From NCBI RefSeq assembly GCF_006345805.1, contig NC_043007.1, forward strand, positions 33,604,001 through 33,668,000: a DNA stretch of 64,000 nucleotides. The letters are read 5' to 3'. Source of the stretch: Octopus sinensis. Its lineage: Eukaryota. Shown in pieces: positions 25,525 through 38,937 of the stretch. A model generated the notes under the pieces. The model searched no databases, was not told the DNA's origin, and saw nothing but the letters and a program-made list of their open reading frames with translations. Positions within the stretch are counted from its first letter, which is position 1. Each line of letters starts with the position of its first letter. The position numbers and the translations under genes were made by a program.

Positions 25525-25930
25525 GGCGTAGGAGTGGCTGTGTGGTAAGTAGCTTGCTTACAAATCACATGGTTCCGGGTTCAGTCCCACTGCGTGGCAC
25601 CTTGGGCAAGTGTCTTCTACTATAGCCTCAAGCCGACCAAAGCCTTGTGAGTGGATTTGGTAGACAGAAACTGAAAGAAGCCCATTGTATATATGTATAT
25701 ATGTATGTGTATGTTTGCGTGTTGTGTTTGTTCCCCTCAACATCGCTTGACAACTGATGCTGTTGTGTTTACATCCCCGTAACTTGGCGGTTCGGCAAAA
25801 GAGACCGATAGAATAAGTCCTAGGCTTACAAAGAATAAGTCCTGGGGTCGATTTCCCCCTAAATTGGCATGCTACTTAAGGCATGCAGCAGTCAAATGAC
25901 TGAAACAAGTAAATGAGTAAATAAATGAGA
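25525..25930 (+). mobile_element. SINE family A, full length
   Basis: GGCGTAGGAGTGGCTGTGTGGTAAG..GGTTCAGTCCC..CACCTTGGGCAAGTG..GACTGAAACAAGTAAA. Confidence 0.9.
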
Positions 25931-26283
25931 GTTCTTCCATTCCTTTTTATATTTTGATGGAGATATGACTGCTATTTTTAACAGTCTGAGCAGCCATGTA
26001 CAGTGTCCACCTTATTGTTTTGTTAGATAGATGTTTGTGCAGTTAGGTCATATACTTTCAAGGACACATGGGCCTTGAAGCCCTATCTCTTATCACGACA
26101 ATTTAGTTCTCACCAAATATCGCCTGATCAAGAGGCTTACAAAGATTAAAAGACCCGGGTGTTTGTGTGCGATGAGGAAAACAAAATAAAAAACAACACA
26201 AAGGTCAAAATAGAAACTGCAAAAAAAAAATAAAGGCAAAACAGAAAGATTCCCAAGATAAACATGTGAGTAACAATGAAGAT

Positions 26284-26318
<35 letters not shown>

Positions 26319-26661
26319 AACAACAGCTTAGCTAAGGTATTTACTGATATATATATTAAAAGAATGTTTTTAAAGGTGTGTGGCTATGAATAGCTTTAAT
26401 TCACACACTTTTCCTGAATCGTTTATATTAATTTATGTGAAAGTCCTAATTTCTGATCGCATAGTATAATACCAACACTCCTTGGTTCTTTAGTGTCTCG
26501 TCTCTTATGGAGTTCACTCTATTTGCAGCATCAAGAACAGGTTTCTGGTATGAGAATAGATCCTTCTTAGAACAAGTGAGTGGTGTTGGTGGTGGTGGCA
26601 GTGGTGGGGGATCAACTCAACTAGTTTCAGTCCAATGTTAGTATTTCATCAGTGAATGAAT

Positions 26662-27047
26662 GGGAAGCACTCCGTCGGTTACGATGACGAGGGTTCCGGT
26701 TGATCTGAATCAACGGAACAGCCTGCTCGTGAAATTAACGTGTAAGTGGCTGAGCACTCCACAGACACGTGTACCCTTAACGTAGTTCTCGGGGATATTC
26801 AGCGTGACACAGAGAGTGACAAGGCCGGCCCTTTGAAATACAGGTACAACAGAAACAGGAAGTAAGAGTGAGAGAAAGTTGTGGTGAAAGAATACAGCAG
26901 GGATCACCACCATCCCCTGCCGGAGCCTCGTGGAGCTTTTAGGTGTTTTCGCTCAATAAATACTCACAACGCCCAGTCTGGGAATCGAAACCGCGATCCT
27001 ATGACCGCGAGTCCACTGCCCTAACCACTGGGCCATTGCGCCTCCAC
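26662..27047 (-). mobile_element. SINE family C (tRNA-derived), tail variant 1
   Basis: Minus-strand head GTGGAGGCGCAATGGCCCAGTGGTTAGGGCAG..GTTTCGATTCCC; TSD GTGAATGAAT at 26652 and 27049. Confidence 0.9.
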
Positions 27048-27164
27048 GGTGAATGAATACTCACATTCTTTAACAGTTTATGGTGACACTGCTTCTATAT
27101 TTACTATTATTTAGGGCTTAGATAAATTGAATTGGTTGCCAGGAATGCAGTATATGTGTGTAAA

Positions 27165-27485
27165 TAAAAAAAACGATAAACGTCGCCCTTTTCAAGCCTA
27201 GCCAGGCTCATGAGCCCAGTTTCTCAGTTTCTGTGGTGCATGTGTTCCCCCAAGCTGGACGGGACACCAGTCCATCGCAGTGTTACTCAAGGAACAGGAA
27301 GAGAGAGTGAGAGAAAGTTGTGGTGAAAGAGTACAACAGGGGTCACCACCACCCCCTGCCGGAGCCTCGTGGAGCTTTTAGGTGTTTTCACTCAATAAAC
27401 ACACGCAACACCCAGTCTGGGAATCAAAACCGCGACCCTCCGACCACGAGTCCGCTGCCCTAACCACTGGGCCATTGCACCTCCA
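27165..27485 (-). mobile_element. SINE family C, tail variant 2 (V-domain-like GCGATGGACTGG..CCCGTCCAG)
   Basis: Shares ~180 bp of head with the 26662 copy, then switches to a different tail. A short head fragment also lies at 27675-27726. Confidence 0.88.
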
Positions 27486-28224
27486 GTATATATATATACT
27501 ATACCATTCTCTCTTCAAAGCCGCCATCTTTCTTTCATCACACACTCGTGCACACATGCACACACACACGTATATATGCACACACATGCACATATGCACA
27601 CGCACGCACATATGCACACACACACACACACTCGCACACAGTGTGTGATCAAATTACATCCTTCAATATAACGTGACTCCGACTGCGAGTCCACTGCCCT
27701 AACCACTGGGCCATTGCGCCTCCACATATGCATGTAAATAAGTTTATCGAATAAGGAGGTGTTGAAGAATTGTTTTTACTCTTTAACTGCATATGGCGAT
27801 TTGCAATATTTACTGGTGTTGCAACATGGCTGCTACCAGAAGTTGCAGGAAGATGTATTCACCTCAATGGTGGAAGCAATATTGCAATAATATAAACAAG
27901 GACATTGCAAATTATTCCCAAATAAATTAAGAATTAAAGAAAAAGCAACAAAAAGCCAGACAATGTAATCACTAAACAAACAGACAGTTTGAGCCTCACT
28001 GTTTGCATTTGCACAATGGAGAAGTCAAAAGAGAATATATTAATTGGTTATATTAATTGGAAAAGGGAAGAAACAGTATAAACAATGCGAACAATGATAA
28101 TGACCATGGAAACTACCAATAATATTCCATCATTTACAAGCTTTGCAAGGTTAAAAGGAGTGTTTCAATTTTAGGCAACTCAATGATAAGAATGAAACTT
28201 GGACGAGGTATATCGAGAAAGATA

Positions 28225-28814
28225 AGGCGGCGAGCTGGCAGAAACGTTAGCGCACCGGGCGAAATGCTTAGCGGTATTTCATCTGTCGTTATGTTCTGAG
28301 TTCAAATTCCGCCGAGGTCGACTTTGCCTTTTATCGTTTCGGGGTTGATAAATAAAGTACCAGTTATGCACTGGGGTCAATGTAATCGACTTAATCCCTT
28401 TGTTTGTCCTTGTTTGTCCTCTCTGTATTTAGCCCCTTATGGGTAGTAAAGAAACAGGTATTTCGTCTGTCGTTAGGTTCTGTGTTCAAATTCCGCCGAG
28501 GTCGACTTTGCCTTTCATCCTTTCAGGGTCGATAAATAAAGTACCAGTTTCGCACTGGGGTCAATGTAATCGACTTAATCCCTTTGTTTGTCCTCTCTGT
28601 ATTTAGCCCCTTGTGGGTAGTAGAGAAATAGGTATTTCGTCTGTCGTTATGTTCTGAGTTCAAATTCCGCCGAGGTCGACTTTGCCTTTTATCCTTCCGG
28701 GGTCAATAAATAAAGTACCAGTTTTGCACTGGGGTCGATGTAATTGACTTAATCCCTTTGTCTGTCCTTGTTTCTCCCCTCTATGTTTAGCCCCTTGTGG
28801 GCAGTAAAGAAATA
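28225..28814 (+). mobile_element. SINE family B tandem trimer
   Basis: One full copy plus two 5'-truncated units (~28458, ~28631) head-to-tail, flanked by TATAT(C/T)GAGAAAGATA at 28209 and 28815. Confidence 0.92.
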
Positions 28815-29030
28815 TATATTGAGAAAGATAATGATTCTTTGCCCAAAGAATTTACCCAGAAAAAGGAGGGGAATTATTTATGATTTTCAAACAACCAGAC
28901 AGGAATACCTGAGAGTCATCTGAAATATTGATATAGACACTGAGTCATGGCTTATCATTACCTTTGCTTCACAGTACAACTATGTGTTAAAGCACATGGC
29001 TTTGTATTTAGAGTGCTAAGCTCATATATT

Positions 29031-29338
29031 TGTTTTGTTTGTTTGTTCCTTCTCGAGCCATGCCTGGCTCATAAGGGCTGGTTTCCCGGTTTCCTTGGCG
29101 TATAGGTTCTCCACCTGGATGGGACGTCGGTCCATCGCAGGTGAGCTGCAAGATGCAGGAGGAAAGAGTGAGAGAAAGTTGTGGCGAAAGAGTCAGCAGA
29201 AGTTCGACATTCTGCCGGAGCCGCATGGAGCTTATGCGTTTTTGTTCATAAACGCACACATCACCCGGTCTGAGATTCGAACCCACGATCCCTCGATTGG
29301 AAGTCCACTGCTCTAACCACTAGGCTATGTGCCTCCAC
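29031..29338 (-). mobile_element. SINE family C-related subfamily
   Basis: tRNA-like head GTGGAGGCACATAGCCTAGTGGTTAGAGC; V-like GCGATGGACCGACGTCCCATCCAGG; TSD TCATATATT. Confidence 0.85.
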
Positions 29339-29725
29339 AGGTCATATATTAGTAAGTCATGGATTCAACACCTGAATGAAGCAGCTTGTATTCTTGAGCA
29401 AAGATACTTCATCTCATCTTGTGTTGCTCCGTTATACGCAGCTGAAAATGAGTAAACAGCGAAGTGTTGCAGCATCCCTCTCTCTCCACCCACCAGCTGG
29501 CGCATCCTGGATCTTCTGCTGGGTCAAAGGTGAATGATAAGGTGTCTGTATCTGCCCAAAACTATACAGGCACTTAAAACAATTAGAGGAAGTATAGTTT
29601 GTTTTACCAAGCCATTCTCAAGTGAAAGTTGGTTACACTGTACTATAGAGCTTTGAGGGGAATCCACAGATAACCCATAACATGTTGTTGGGTGGATTCT
29701 GCAAATAATATGCAAATTATATTGA

Positions 29726-30525
29726 GTTTTACTTGTTTCAGTCATTAGACTATGGCCATGCTGGAGCACTGTCTTGACGAATTTCAGTTGAAAGAATTGA
29801 TTCCAATATTTATATCTTAAAACCTGGTACTTATTCTATCAGACTTTTTTGCTGAACTGTTAAGTTACAGGTACATAAACAAACCAGTAGTCAGGCAGTG
29901 GTGGAGGACAGACATGGACACAAAGACACACACACACACACACACACAAATACTAGAGGCTTCTTTCAGTTTCTGTCTACCAAATCCACTCATAAGGCGT
30001 TGGTCAACATCAGGCTATAGTAAAAGACACTTGCCCAAGGTGTCACACAGTAAGACTGAACCCAGAACCATGTGATTACGAAACAAACTTTTTACCACAC
30101 AGCACAGAGCCATACTTTACTCTTTACTCTTTTACAGTTTTACTTGTTTCAGTCATTTGACTGCGGCCATGCTGGTGTACCGCCTTTAGTTGAGCAAATC
30201 GACCCCCAGGAATTGTAAGCCTAGTACTTATTCTATTAGTCTCTTTTGCCAAACCGCTAAGTAATGGGGACATAAACACACCAGCATCAGTTGTCAAGCG
30301 ATGTTGGGGGTGACAAACACAGACTCACAAACATATACACATACATACATATATACATACATACGACGAGCTTCTTTCAGTTTCTATCTAACAAATCCAT
30401 TCACAAGGCTTTGATCAACCCGAGGCTATAGTAGAAGACACTTGCCCAAGGTGCCACGCAATGGGACTGAACCTGTAACCATGTGGTTTGTAAGCAAGCT
30501 ACTTACCACACAGCCACTCCTATGC
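29726..30525 (-). mobile_element. Two adjacent SINE family A copies (29726-30105 older, 30115-30525 younger)
   Basis: Both show tail, internal (CA)n tract and head. Confidence 0.88.
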
Positions 30526-30786
30526 CTATGTTTTGAAAATTTTTTTTTTTTCTATTTCACATTTGCATGAAAATATAACAGAAGTTTGGTAGGAAGCAGA
30601 TCAATATGAAACAATGAGATAAAAATATCAGGGTACTTGAAAAGTCATGCAAACAAGTTCTGCAAATCATGAATTATTCACTGCATCAAGATTCCTCTGC
30701 TAATGGTGATCATCTGGCATCTTAAAACTATATATGTGTGTGTGTGTGTGTATATATACATACATATATATATATGTGTGTGTGTG

Positions 30787-30824
<38 letters not shown>

Positions 30825-30849
30825 TGTGTATATATATATTTATCAATAA

Positions 30850-31039
30850 TAAAGGGTGAAATTAATTAATTTAGAAATAATCATTAATTTCACCAAGTAG
30901 AGTTCGGCATGTAAAAGCCCCATTCAAGGAAGATTTAAGTAATACTAAGTAATTAAGGGTTTAGCAACGATTTGACTGCTATTTCTAAATTCGGTGTGCA
31001 GTGAGGCAAATCGTTGCTAAACCCTTAATTACTTAGTAT
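30850..31039. mobile_element. (TA)n-flanked insert ending in an inverted repeat (33-bp arms, 30942-31039)
   Basis: ATACTAAGTAATTAAGGGTTTAGCAACGATTTG ... CAAATCGTTGCTAAACCCTTAATTACTTAGTAT. The start AAGGGTGAAAT..CACCAAGTAG is shared with 52838 and with the reverse complement of 53705-53760. Confidence 0.75.
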
Positions 31040-31310
31040 ATATATATGTATATATTTGATAAGCTTCAACTCAGTTTGTGTCTACTAAATCCTCTCATAA
31101 GACTTTGGTTAGCCAGGGGCTATAGCAGAAGACACTTGCCTAAACTGTCCCACAGTAAGGTTGAACCTAAAACCCTGTAGTTGTGAAGGAAACTTCTTAC
31201 CACACAGCCATGCGGCAGCTATTTGTACTCAGAAATTAATATGCCAGTGTTATCCAATTTTGATCCAAGGCCTACTGCCCTATATTGGCCAAATATTAAA
31301 AAAAAAATTC

Positions 31311-31771
31311 AGGCGCAGGAGTGGCTGCGTGGTAAGTAGCTTGTCTACCAACCACATGGTTTTGGGTTCAGTCCCACTGCGTGGCACCTTGGGCAAGTGT
31401 CTTCTACTATAGCCTCAGGCCGACCAAAGCCTTGTGAGTGGATTTGGTAGACGGAAACTGAAAGAAGCCCGTCGTATATATGTATATCATCATCATCATC
31501 ATCATCATTTAGCGTCCGTTTTCCATGCTAGCATGGGTTGGACTATGCGTGTGTGTGTTTGTGTGTCTGTTTTTGTCCCCTAGCATTGCTTGACAACCGA
31601 TGCTGGTGTGTTTATGTCCCCGTTACTTAGCGGTTCAGCAAAAGAGAACGATAGAATAAGTACTGGGCTTACAAAAGAATAAGTCCCGGGGTCGAGTTGC
31701 TCGATTAAAAGGCGGTGCTCCAGCATGGCCGCAGTCAAATGACTGAAACAAGTAAAAGAGTAAAAGAGTAA
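31311..31771 (+). mobile_element. SINE family A, full length, with a family D tail fragment inside (31487-31542)
   Basis: Near-consensus head and tail. Confidence 0.9.
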
Positions 31772-32718
31772 AGAGAGAGAGAGAGACATAGAAAGCTAGA
31801 AAGGGTTTACAAGTAAACTATCTAAAGAAATCTCTACATTTGATGCATGTCAATTTTCCAGACATTAAACAGTTTTTAAAAGGTTCTCTAATATTTATGG
31901 AACTTTTCCATAATATTTTATGCAAATGGTAATCAAGTTTAATCTCTAATTGTCTTGTACAATCTAAGAATTGAGCAAAATATTGTTCAGTAAGACAAAA
32001 TGGCAACATGCATGGCTGGATAGAATAATCAGATAAAGGTAACCTTGGTCAGAACATAAAATGTGCAAATTGTGCAGTGATCAATTTTTCGTATTCTCTA
32101 TCCTAGCATACATTCACATATACATACATATATACATACATACACACATGCACATATAATATGCATACACACATACATAAAATACATACATGCATACACA
32201 TATATATATATATATACACACAGATGTACATATTCACTATCGGGTACATACATGTACATTGTATAAGCGAATTTAAAGAGCAAGACAGCAGGACTGAATT
32301 GTTTTATAAATATAAATCTCTGAGTGATAATAATGCTTCCTTAATTAGAAATAGCAAATACAAAATTACTAAATACTATTATCTATAATCATTCGCTGAA
32401 AATAATTAGAAATAAAAAGAGAGGAGTTAAAAATCTATAAGATTGAGTTTAAAAATGAAACAATAATAATCACAATTAATCTAATAGAATATGCTGAAGC
32501 TAAATAGATTTAGTTCTCCCTTCATTCTTATAATAGATTCATGATAGAATAAAGCATTTGGTAATTCTCATTATGTTTGTTATAAATATTTAACAATAAC
32601 TTCTCTCCCATTACATAGAAATTGTACCAGACACCACCAACAACAACAGCGATAATTATAATTAGTATGAGTATTATTGTTACTGCTGTTGTTATCGTCA
32701 TCATCATTTCTTTGTTGT

Positions 32719-33458
32719 AAGGCAGTGAGCTGGCAGAATTATTATCATCTCAGACAAAATGCTTAGTGGCGTTTATGTTCTGTCTTTATGTTCTGTCACC
32801 ATCATCATCGTCGTCATCATTTAACGTCCGCTCTCCATGCTGGCATGGGTTGGATGGTTTGACTGAGGGCTTGCAAGCCAGAAGGCTATACCAGGCTCCA
32901 ATCCAATCTAGCAAAGTTTCTACAGCTGGATGCCTTTCCTAATGCCAAACACTCTGAGAGTATAAGTGGGTGCTTTTTATGTGCCACCGGCACAAGGGCC
33001 AGTCAGGTGGTACTGGCATCGACCACGCTTGAATGGTGCTTCTTACGTGCCACCAGCATGTTCTGAGTTCAAATTCTGCCAAAGTTGACTTTAACTATTT
33101 CTTTACTACCCACAAGGGGCTAAACACAGAGAGGACAAACAAGGACAGACAAATGGATCAAGTCGATTATATCGACCCCAGTGCCTAACTGGTACTTATT
33201 TAATAGATCCCAAAAGGATGAAAGGCAAAGTCGACCTCTGCGGAATTTGAACTCAGAACGTAGCGGCAGACGAAATACTGCTAAGCATTTCGCCCGGTGG
33301 GCTAACGTTTCTGCTAGGTGAAGTTGACTTTACCTTTTATCCTTTTGAGATTTATGAAATAAGCACCAGTTATGCACTGGGGTTCGATGAAAGTGACTAG
33401 CCCTCACTCCCATCAAAATTTCAGGACTTGTGCTTATAGTAGAAAGGATTATTATTAT
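32719..33458 (+). mobile_element. Nested SINE cluster: family B (+) interrupted by family D (-, ~32796-33057) and family B (-, ~33095-33318)
   Basis: TSD ATGTTCTG around the D insert; TSD AAGTTGACTTTA around the inner B insert. The host sequence rejoins seamlessly. Confidence 0.85.
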
Positions 33459-34595
33459 TTCTTTTAATTGTCATGGGGACATAGGAGAGGTGGGCAGTGG
33501 GTAGGGGTGGTGTGATATTACAAGGATAGCTTACCGTTTGTGTGGTGGTTTGCATAGAAATAAGGAGAAAGAATTGAAAAAATACTAAAATGATATAAAT
33601 ATATAGCTCCAGGTGTGGCTGTGTGGCAAGTAGCTTGCTTTCCCTCCATGTGGGTCTGGCTCAGTCCCGCTTGTGTGACACCTAGGGCAAGTGTCTTCTA
33701 CTATAGCCTTGGGTCAACCAAACCCTTGTGAATGGATTTGGTAGATTCCTCTGTTGAGAGGAATTTTTTGGGGTTTGAATAATTTACCTCTGGAAACATT
33801 GGTGTTTTGTTCTTCATCCGAAAACAAACTTTATTCTGGGGCCTTTTGAGCAGAATGGGCTACCAGACCTGAAGAATATTCTAACTGGGCCCCACTTGCA
33901 AGGTCATGCACTATTAATCTTGATATGAGATCACCCTGTTGTACACATATGGTTGCGATGCATGTGCCTGGTGTACCCTTATCAGACAGGTAGTTGATGG
34001 GTATACTGGGCTTTGTATTTTTTACCCCAATATCACTTTGATGGCATGCACTTCTCTCTCACTCAATAATGATATAAAGTAATTAAGGTAATTATGATAA
34101 TATTAATCAATATGTCAAGTCTTCCGAATCAATATATTTAGGTTTCCTGCATCAGACAACTTTTGTTCAGTATCATCCAGGCACCATCATTGTAGTCTTA
34201 ATACATAAGCCTAAAATGATCAGATTATTAAATCTCTACATAGTCGTCTGACCTTTGCTGAACAATTTTTTATAGCTTAATAAGAGAAGAAAGAGCAATT
34301 CTTATGACCTTTTCCAAGGCCTCAGTGACTTTCATGATTTCTTTTTTTTTCACAAATGGCTTAGTCAGAGAATGAAGGTCAGCACCTTTGACCCTTCACA
34401 AGGCTTCAGTAAATGGTGGAAGGAAGAGAAGAGTAAGTTATCATCAGAGCAGGACTTTGGTCCAATACTTTTAAACAGAATGGAGCTACCAGCTTTTGTT
34501 CGCAAGGTATTATTGTTCAACCCAAGGCTATGGCAGAAAACAACAGACCAAGGTACTAGATAATAGTATCAAACCTGGAACCTTATTGTTAAATA

Positions 34596-34925
34596 CATCA
34601 TCATCATCGTTTAACGTCCGTTTTCCATGCTAGTATGGGTTGGACAGTTCAACTGGTGTCTGGGAAGCCAGTAGGCTGCGCCAGGCCCAATCTGATCTGG
34701 CAGTGTCTCTACAGCTGGATACCCTTCCTAACGCCAACCACTCCGTGAGTGTAGTGGGTGCTTTTTTACGTGCCATCAGCACAGGTGCCAGACGAGGCTG
34801 GCAACGGCCACAATCGGATGGTGCTTTTTATGTGTCATCGGCACGGAGGCCAGTCAGGGCAGCGCTGGTAACGGCCACATTTGGATGGTTCTCTTATGTG
34901 CCACCGACACTGGTATCACAGCTAC
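34596..34925 (-). mobile_element. SINE-like family D
   Basis: (CAT)n tail and near-consensus body. Confidence 0.88.
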
Positions 34926-35030
34926 AATTTCCATGCAAATTTTTCAACCACAGAGCCATAACAGTCACTCCTGTCAGTTTCAACATATGAGTGTTTGAAG
35001 AAGTGGACTTACAATTTAAAGAGAGTAATA

Positions 35031-35291
35031 AAAAATAAATAAATGCACCCTTTTAAACCCTAGCCAGGCTCATGGGCCTGGTTTCCCGGTTTCAATGGAG
35101 TATGCGTTCCCTAGCTGGACGGGGCACCAGTCCATCACAGCGTTACTCATTTTTGCCAGTTGAGTGGACTGGAGCAATGTGAAATGAAGTGTTTTGCTCA
35201 AGAACACAATGCGTCGCCCGGTCCAGGAATCGAAACCACAATCTTATGATCATGATGCTGACACCCTAACCACTAAGCCACATGCCTCCAC
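35031..35291 (-). mobile_element. SINE family C-related (CORE-like plus V-like tail)
   Basis: Head GTGGAGGCATGTGGCTTAGTGGTTAGGG; TSD AGAGTAATA. Similar partial copy at 61665-61856 (+). Confidence 0.85.
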
Positions 35292-36864
35292 ATAGAGTAA
35301 TAGAAACAAAAAAGCACTAAGAAGCTGCATCTATTTTCTGTTGTCTTGAGAGCACTGAACATCATATGTGCAATGTCTAGTTGCATAATATTCTCTATGC
35401 TGTGTATATTTATAAAGTCATGAACTTTTGGTTATATATTTAGCTGCATGTTTTCCTTGTTACTGGTTGTAATTTCTAGGTATCTTAAAATTATTCTCAC
35501 AGTATCTGTTACTATCAGGGTTGTTTTTGTTATTAGACCCTGCATTACAGAATTGTAACATTGTAACAGTTTGGCAGAAGAGACTAACGGAATAAGGACT
35601 AGACTAAAACGTTTTACTGTGGTTGACTTGTTTGACTTAAAACTCTTTGAGGCAGTGCCCCAGCATGGCCACAGTAAAATGCCTGAAAGAAGTACAAGAT
35701 AAATAATAAAGAAAATGATTCAAACAATTTCTCCATTTCTTTAACGGACACATTATCAAGTATTTATACTTTAATTAAAAAGCATTTCCTTTCTCTAGTG
35801 GTCTTTGCCAACAATATCTGGTCAATTAGCTTTGATCTTCTTATCTTTGATGAGTGACATATCTTAGAGCTTGATTGCCTTGTCCTTTCCTTTTACACTA
35901 CTATATTTCCCAGCATACAAGTTGACATACTATATAGCATAAACATGTAGAACAAACATTCAAACATCTTCACTATCTTTCAAAATCTGCTACACTTCAA
36001 GAAATTTTTGAACCTCCAGTGTCATCTTGGTGTAGAAGTGGACCAATTTTTTTCTTAGCTGTGAATTTTGATCTGATCAATTCAACTTGTACAGTGGAAA
36101 ATCCAGTGCCCCTTTATGATGGGTACTTCATATCACTGGTTTCATTTCCAGTATGTGACCTCCACTCCCCAGCTCTGATATACCTGTTGGTGAATTCTGT
36201 TTTTGACAGGACTCAGTAACCAGAGATAATGTCGCTAATTGTCTCTTCCCAACCTCTTCATATTCTTCTTCTCTTTATCCTATTATTATTGCTATACTGC
36301 ATCTTTAAAACTACTTAGCTCATTTACTGCTATGCATCACTTCAAATTTTTTATTGAGGCACTTGTATCATAGAAGTTAACAGCTCTTGAACGAAACTCA
36401 ATAACCGTATAAAGAGTTTAACTACCATTAGGTTTTTCAATTAGCACTTCTGCTATATATGGACATGCACACTTTTACACACATACATGCAGATATACAC
36501 TCATATGCAGGCATGCTCAAATACAAACATGCTGATACGTACATACGCATGCAAAGGCATGCATACTTGTACACAAACCTGCTCCCTCATAAGCACATAC
36601 ACATATGCAAATATGCTTGTATATGCACACAAATATGTTTACGAATATGCATGTGTGGGCACACCCACCCACACAAAAATATTGTGCACATGTTCACACA
36701 GACATATGTACACACATATACAAACACACAGATGCTCAGACATGGACATGCATGCATAAATACACAAATATATGCACTCATACATTCATATATATGTATA
36801 TATATATATATACATACATACATACATATATATATATATACATATACACATGTACATATGTATA

Positions 36865-36904
<40 letters not shown>

Positions 36905-36929
36905 GTATATATATATATTATATATATAT

Positions 36930-36989
<60 letters not shown>

Positions 36990-37859
36990 ATATCATATAA
37001 CAGATCTGATAATTTTAATTATTCCTTCCTTTTCAAATTATATCAGTATCACTTTACTTTCCTGCACCAGATATTATTTTCTATTTTGTGGTCTCTTACG
37101 GATGTTGATGTTGGTGTTGTGGTTCTTGTTGTGTAGCTCCAAGTTAGCTCTACTCACTGTGAGTAGATCTATGATCAAAAGTGTTCCAACTATGACCACC
37201 CCATCTTCTTTTGTATCTCTACAATTACATTGTCCTAGGTATACTTTCTTTTATCAAGTTCATATCCTGCTGTGATATGAGGAAGGATTGTTTGTTATTT
37301 CTAGCAGGCAAAAATGGCCAGTAAGAGTTTCCCTTCGATATTATTGCTATTTGTTGTTATTGTTGTAGTTGTTACTGCTGCTGTTGCTATTGCCTTACTT
37401 GTATATGTGCATGTTTGCACACTGTACATTCACCATCTTATATATATGTGTATATATATATATATATATACATACATATATATATATGTATGTACACATA
37501 CACACATGCATGCATATATATACATACATACATATATATACACACACACACATACATACATGCATATATACACACACATATATATATATGTGTATATGCA
37601 TGTATATGTGTATATGCATGAATGTATGTACGTATGTATGCATGTAAGTATGTATGTACTAGAAATCTCTGTGCACACACACATACACACACACACACAG
37701 AGGCATGCATGCACATCTTGTTTATGTTGTTGCTAGTGTTCAGCTTCCAAGTCACCACATACTGAGCAAACCCATGTTCAAAAGCATTCCAACCATGACC
37801 AAACTTTTATGATATATCAGGTTCTATACTTTTCAATGTGCCCTTCCCTTTTCGTAAGA

Positions 37860-38023
37860 TAGGTGCAGGTGTGACTGTGTGGTAAGAAGTTTGCTTCCCA
37901 ACCATGGGGCTCCAGGTTCAGTCCCACTGTATGGCATCTTGGGCAATTGTCTTCTACTATAGCCTTGGGCTGACCAAAGCCTTGTGAGTGAATTTGGTAG
38001 AAGGAAACTAAAAGAAAACTGTC

Positions 38024-38060
<37 letters not shown>

Positions 38061-38340
38061 ATATATATGTATATATATGTATATGTATATATATATGTAT
38101 GCATTTGTATATGTGTGTGTGTCTGTGTTAGTCTCTGCCACCATTGCTCGACAACTGATGCTGATGTGCTTATGTCACCATAACTTAACAATTTAGCAAA
38201 AGAGGCCAATAGAATAAGTACTAGGTTTACAAAGAAAGACTCCTGGGGTCTATTTCTTTGACTAAAAAGATATCCTTTAAAACAGTGCTTCAGCATAGCC
38301 ATAGTCAAATGACTGAAACAAGTAAAAGAATAAGAGAATA
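37860..38340 (+). mobile_element. SINE family A, diverged full length
   Basis: Head, expanded internal microsatellite and tail. Confidence 0.85.
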
Positions 38341-38354
38341 GTATGATGTGATCT

Positions 38355-38669
38355 GTGGAGGCGCAAAGGCCCAGTGGTTAGGGCAGCAGACTCACGGTTG
38401 GAGGATCGCGGTTTTGATTCCCAGACTGGGCGTTGTGTGTGTTTATTGAGCAAAAACACCTAAAAGCTCCACGAGGCTCCGGCATGGGTTGGTGGCGACC
38501 CCTGTTGTACTCTTTCACCACAACTTTCTTTCATTCTCTCTTCCTGTTTCTTGAATAATGCTGCAATGGACTGGCATCCCGTCCAGCGGGGGGAATACAT
38601 ACACCACAGAAACCGGGAAACCAGGCCCATGAGCCTGGCTAGGCTTGAAAAGGGCGACGTTTATCATTT
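38355..38669 (+). mobile_element. SINE family C, tail variant 2
   Basis: 13-bp TSD TATGATGTGATCT at 38342-38354 and 38670-38682. Confidence 0.92.
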
Positions 38670-38937
38670 TATGATGTGATCTAAAGGAGATTTAGCTACT
38701 ATTTCTAGTTGGTCACATGACTATGTACCAACTCTCTCATTGGCTCAAAGCTGCTACTGTAGTTGTTGTTCGTATTATTAAAGTTGTTTGTGTTGTGTTT
38801 GTTGCAGTTACTGGTGTCAGTGATATTTTTGTTGTTCATTTTTATAACTGTCTTCAAGGATATTTCTGATATTTTACTGTTTGTTGTCGTTCAACATCAT
38901 GAGACCCAGGCACTTCATGTTTTTTTAATTCTGTAAC

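Noticed and set aside
26975-27047. tRNA-like sequences (also at 38355, 29265, 25525)
   Set aside because: These are SINE heads continuing into repeat bodies with TSDs, not tRNA genes.
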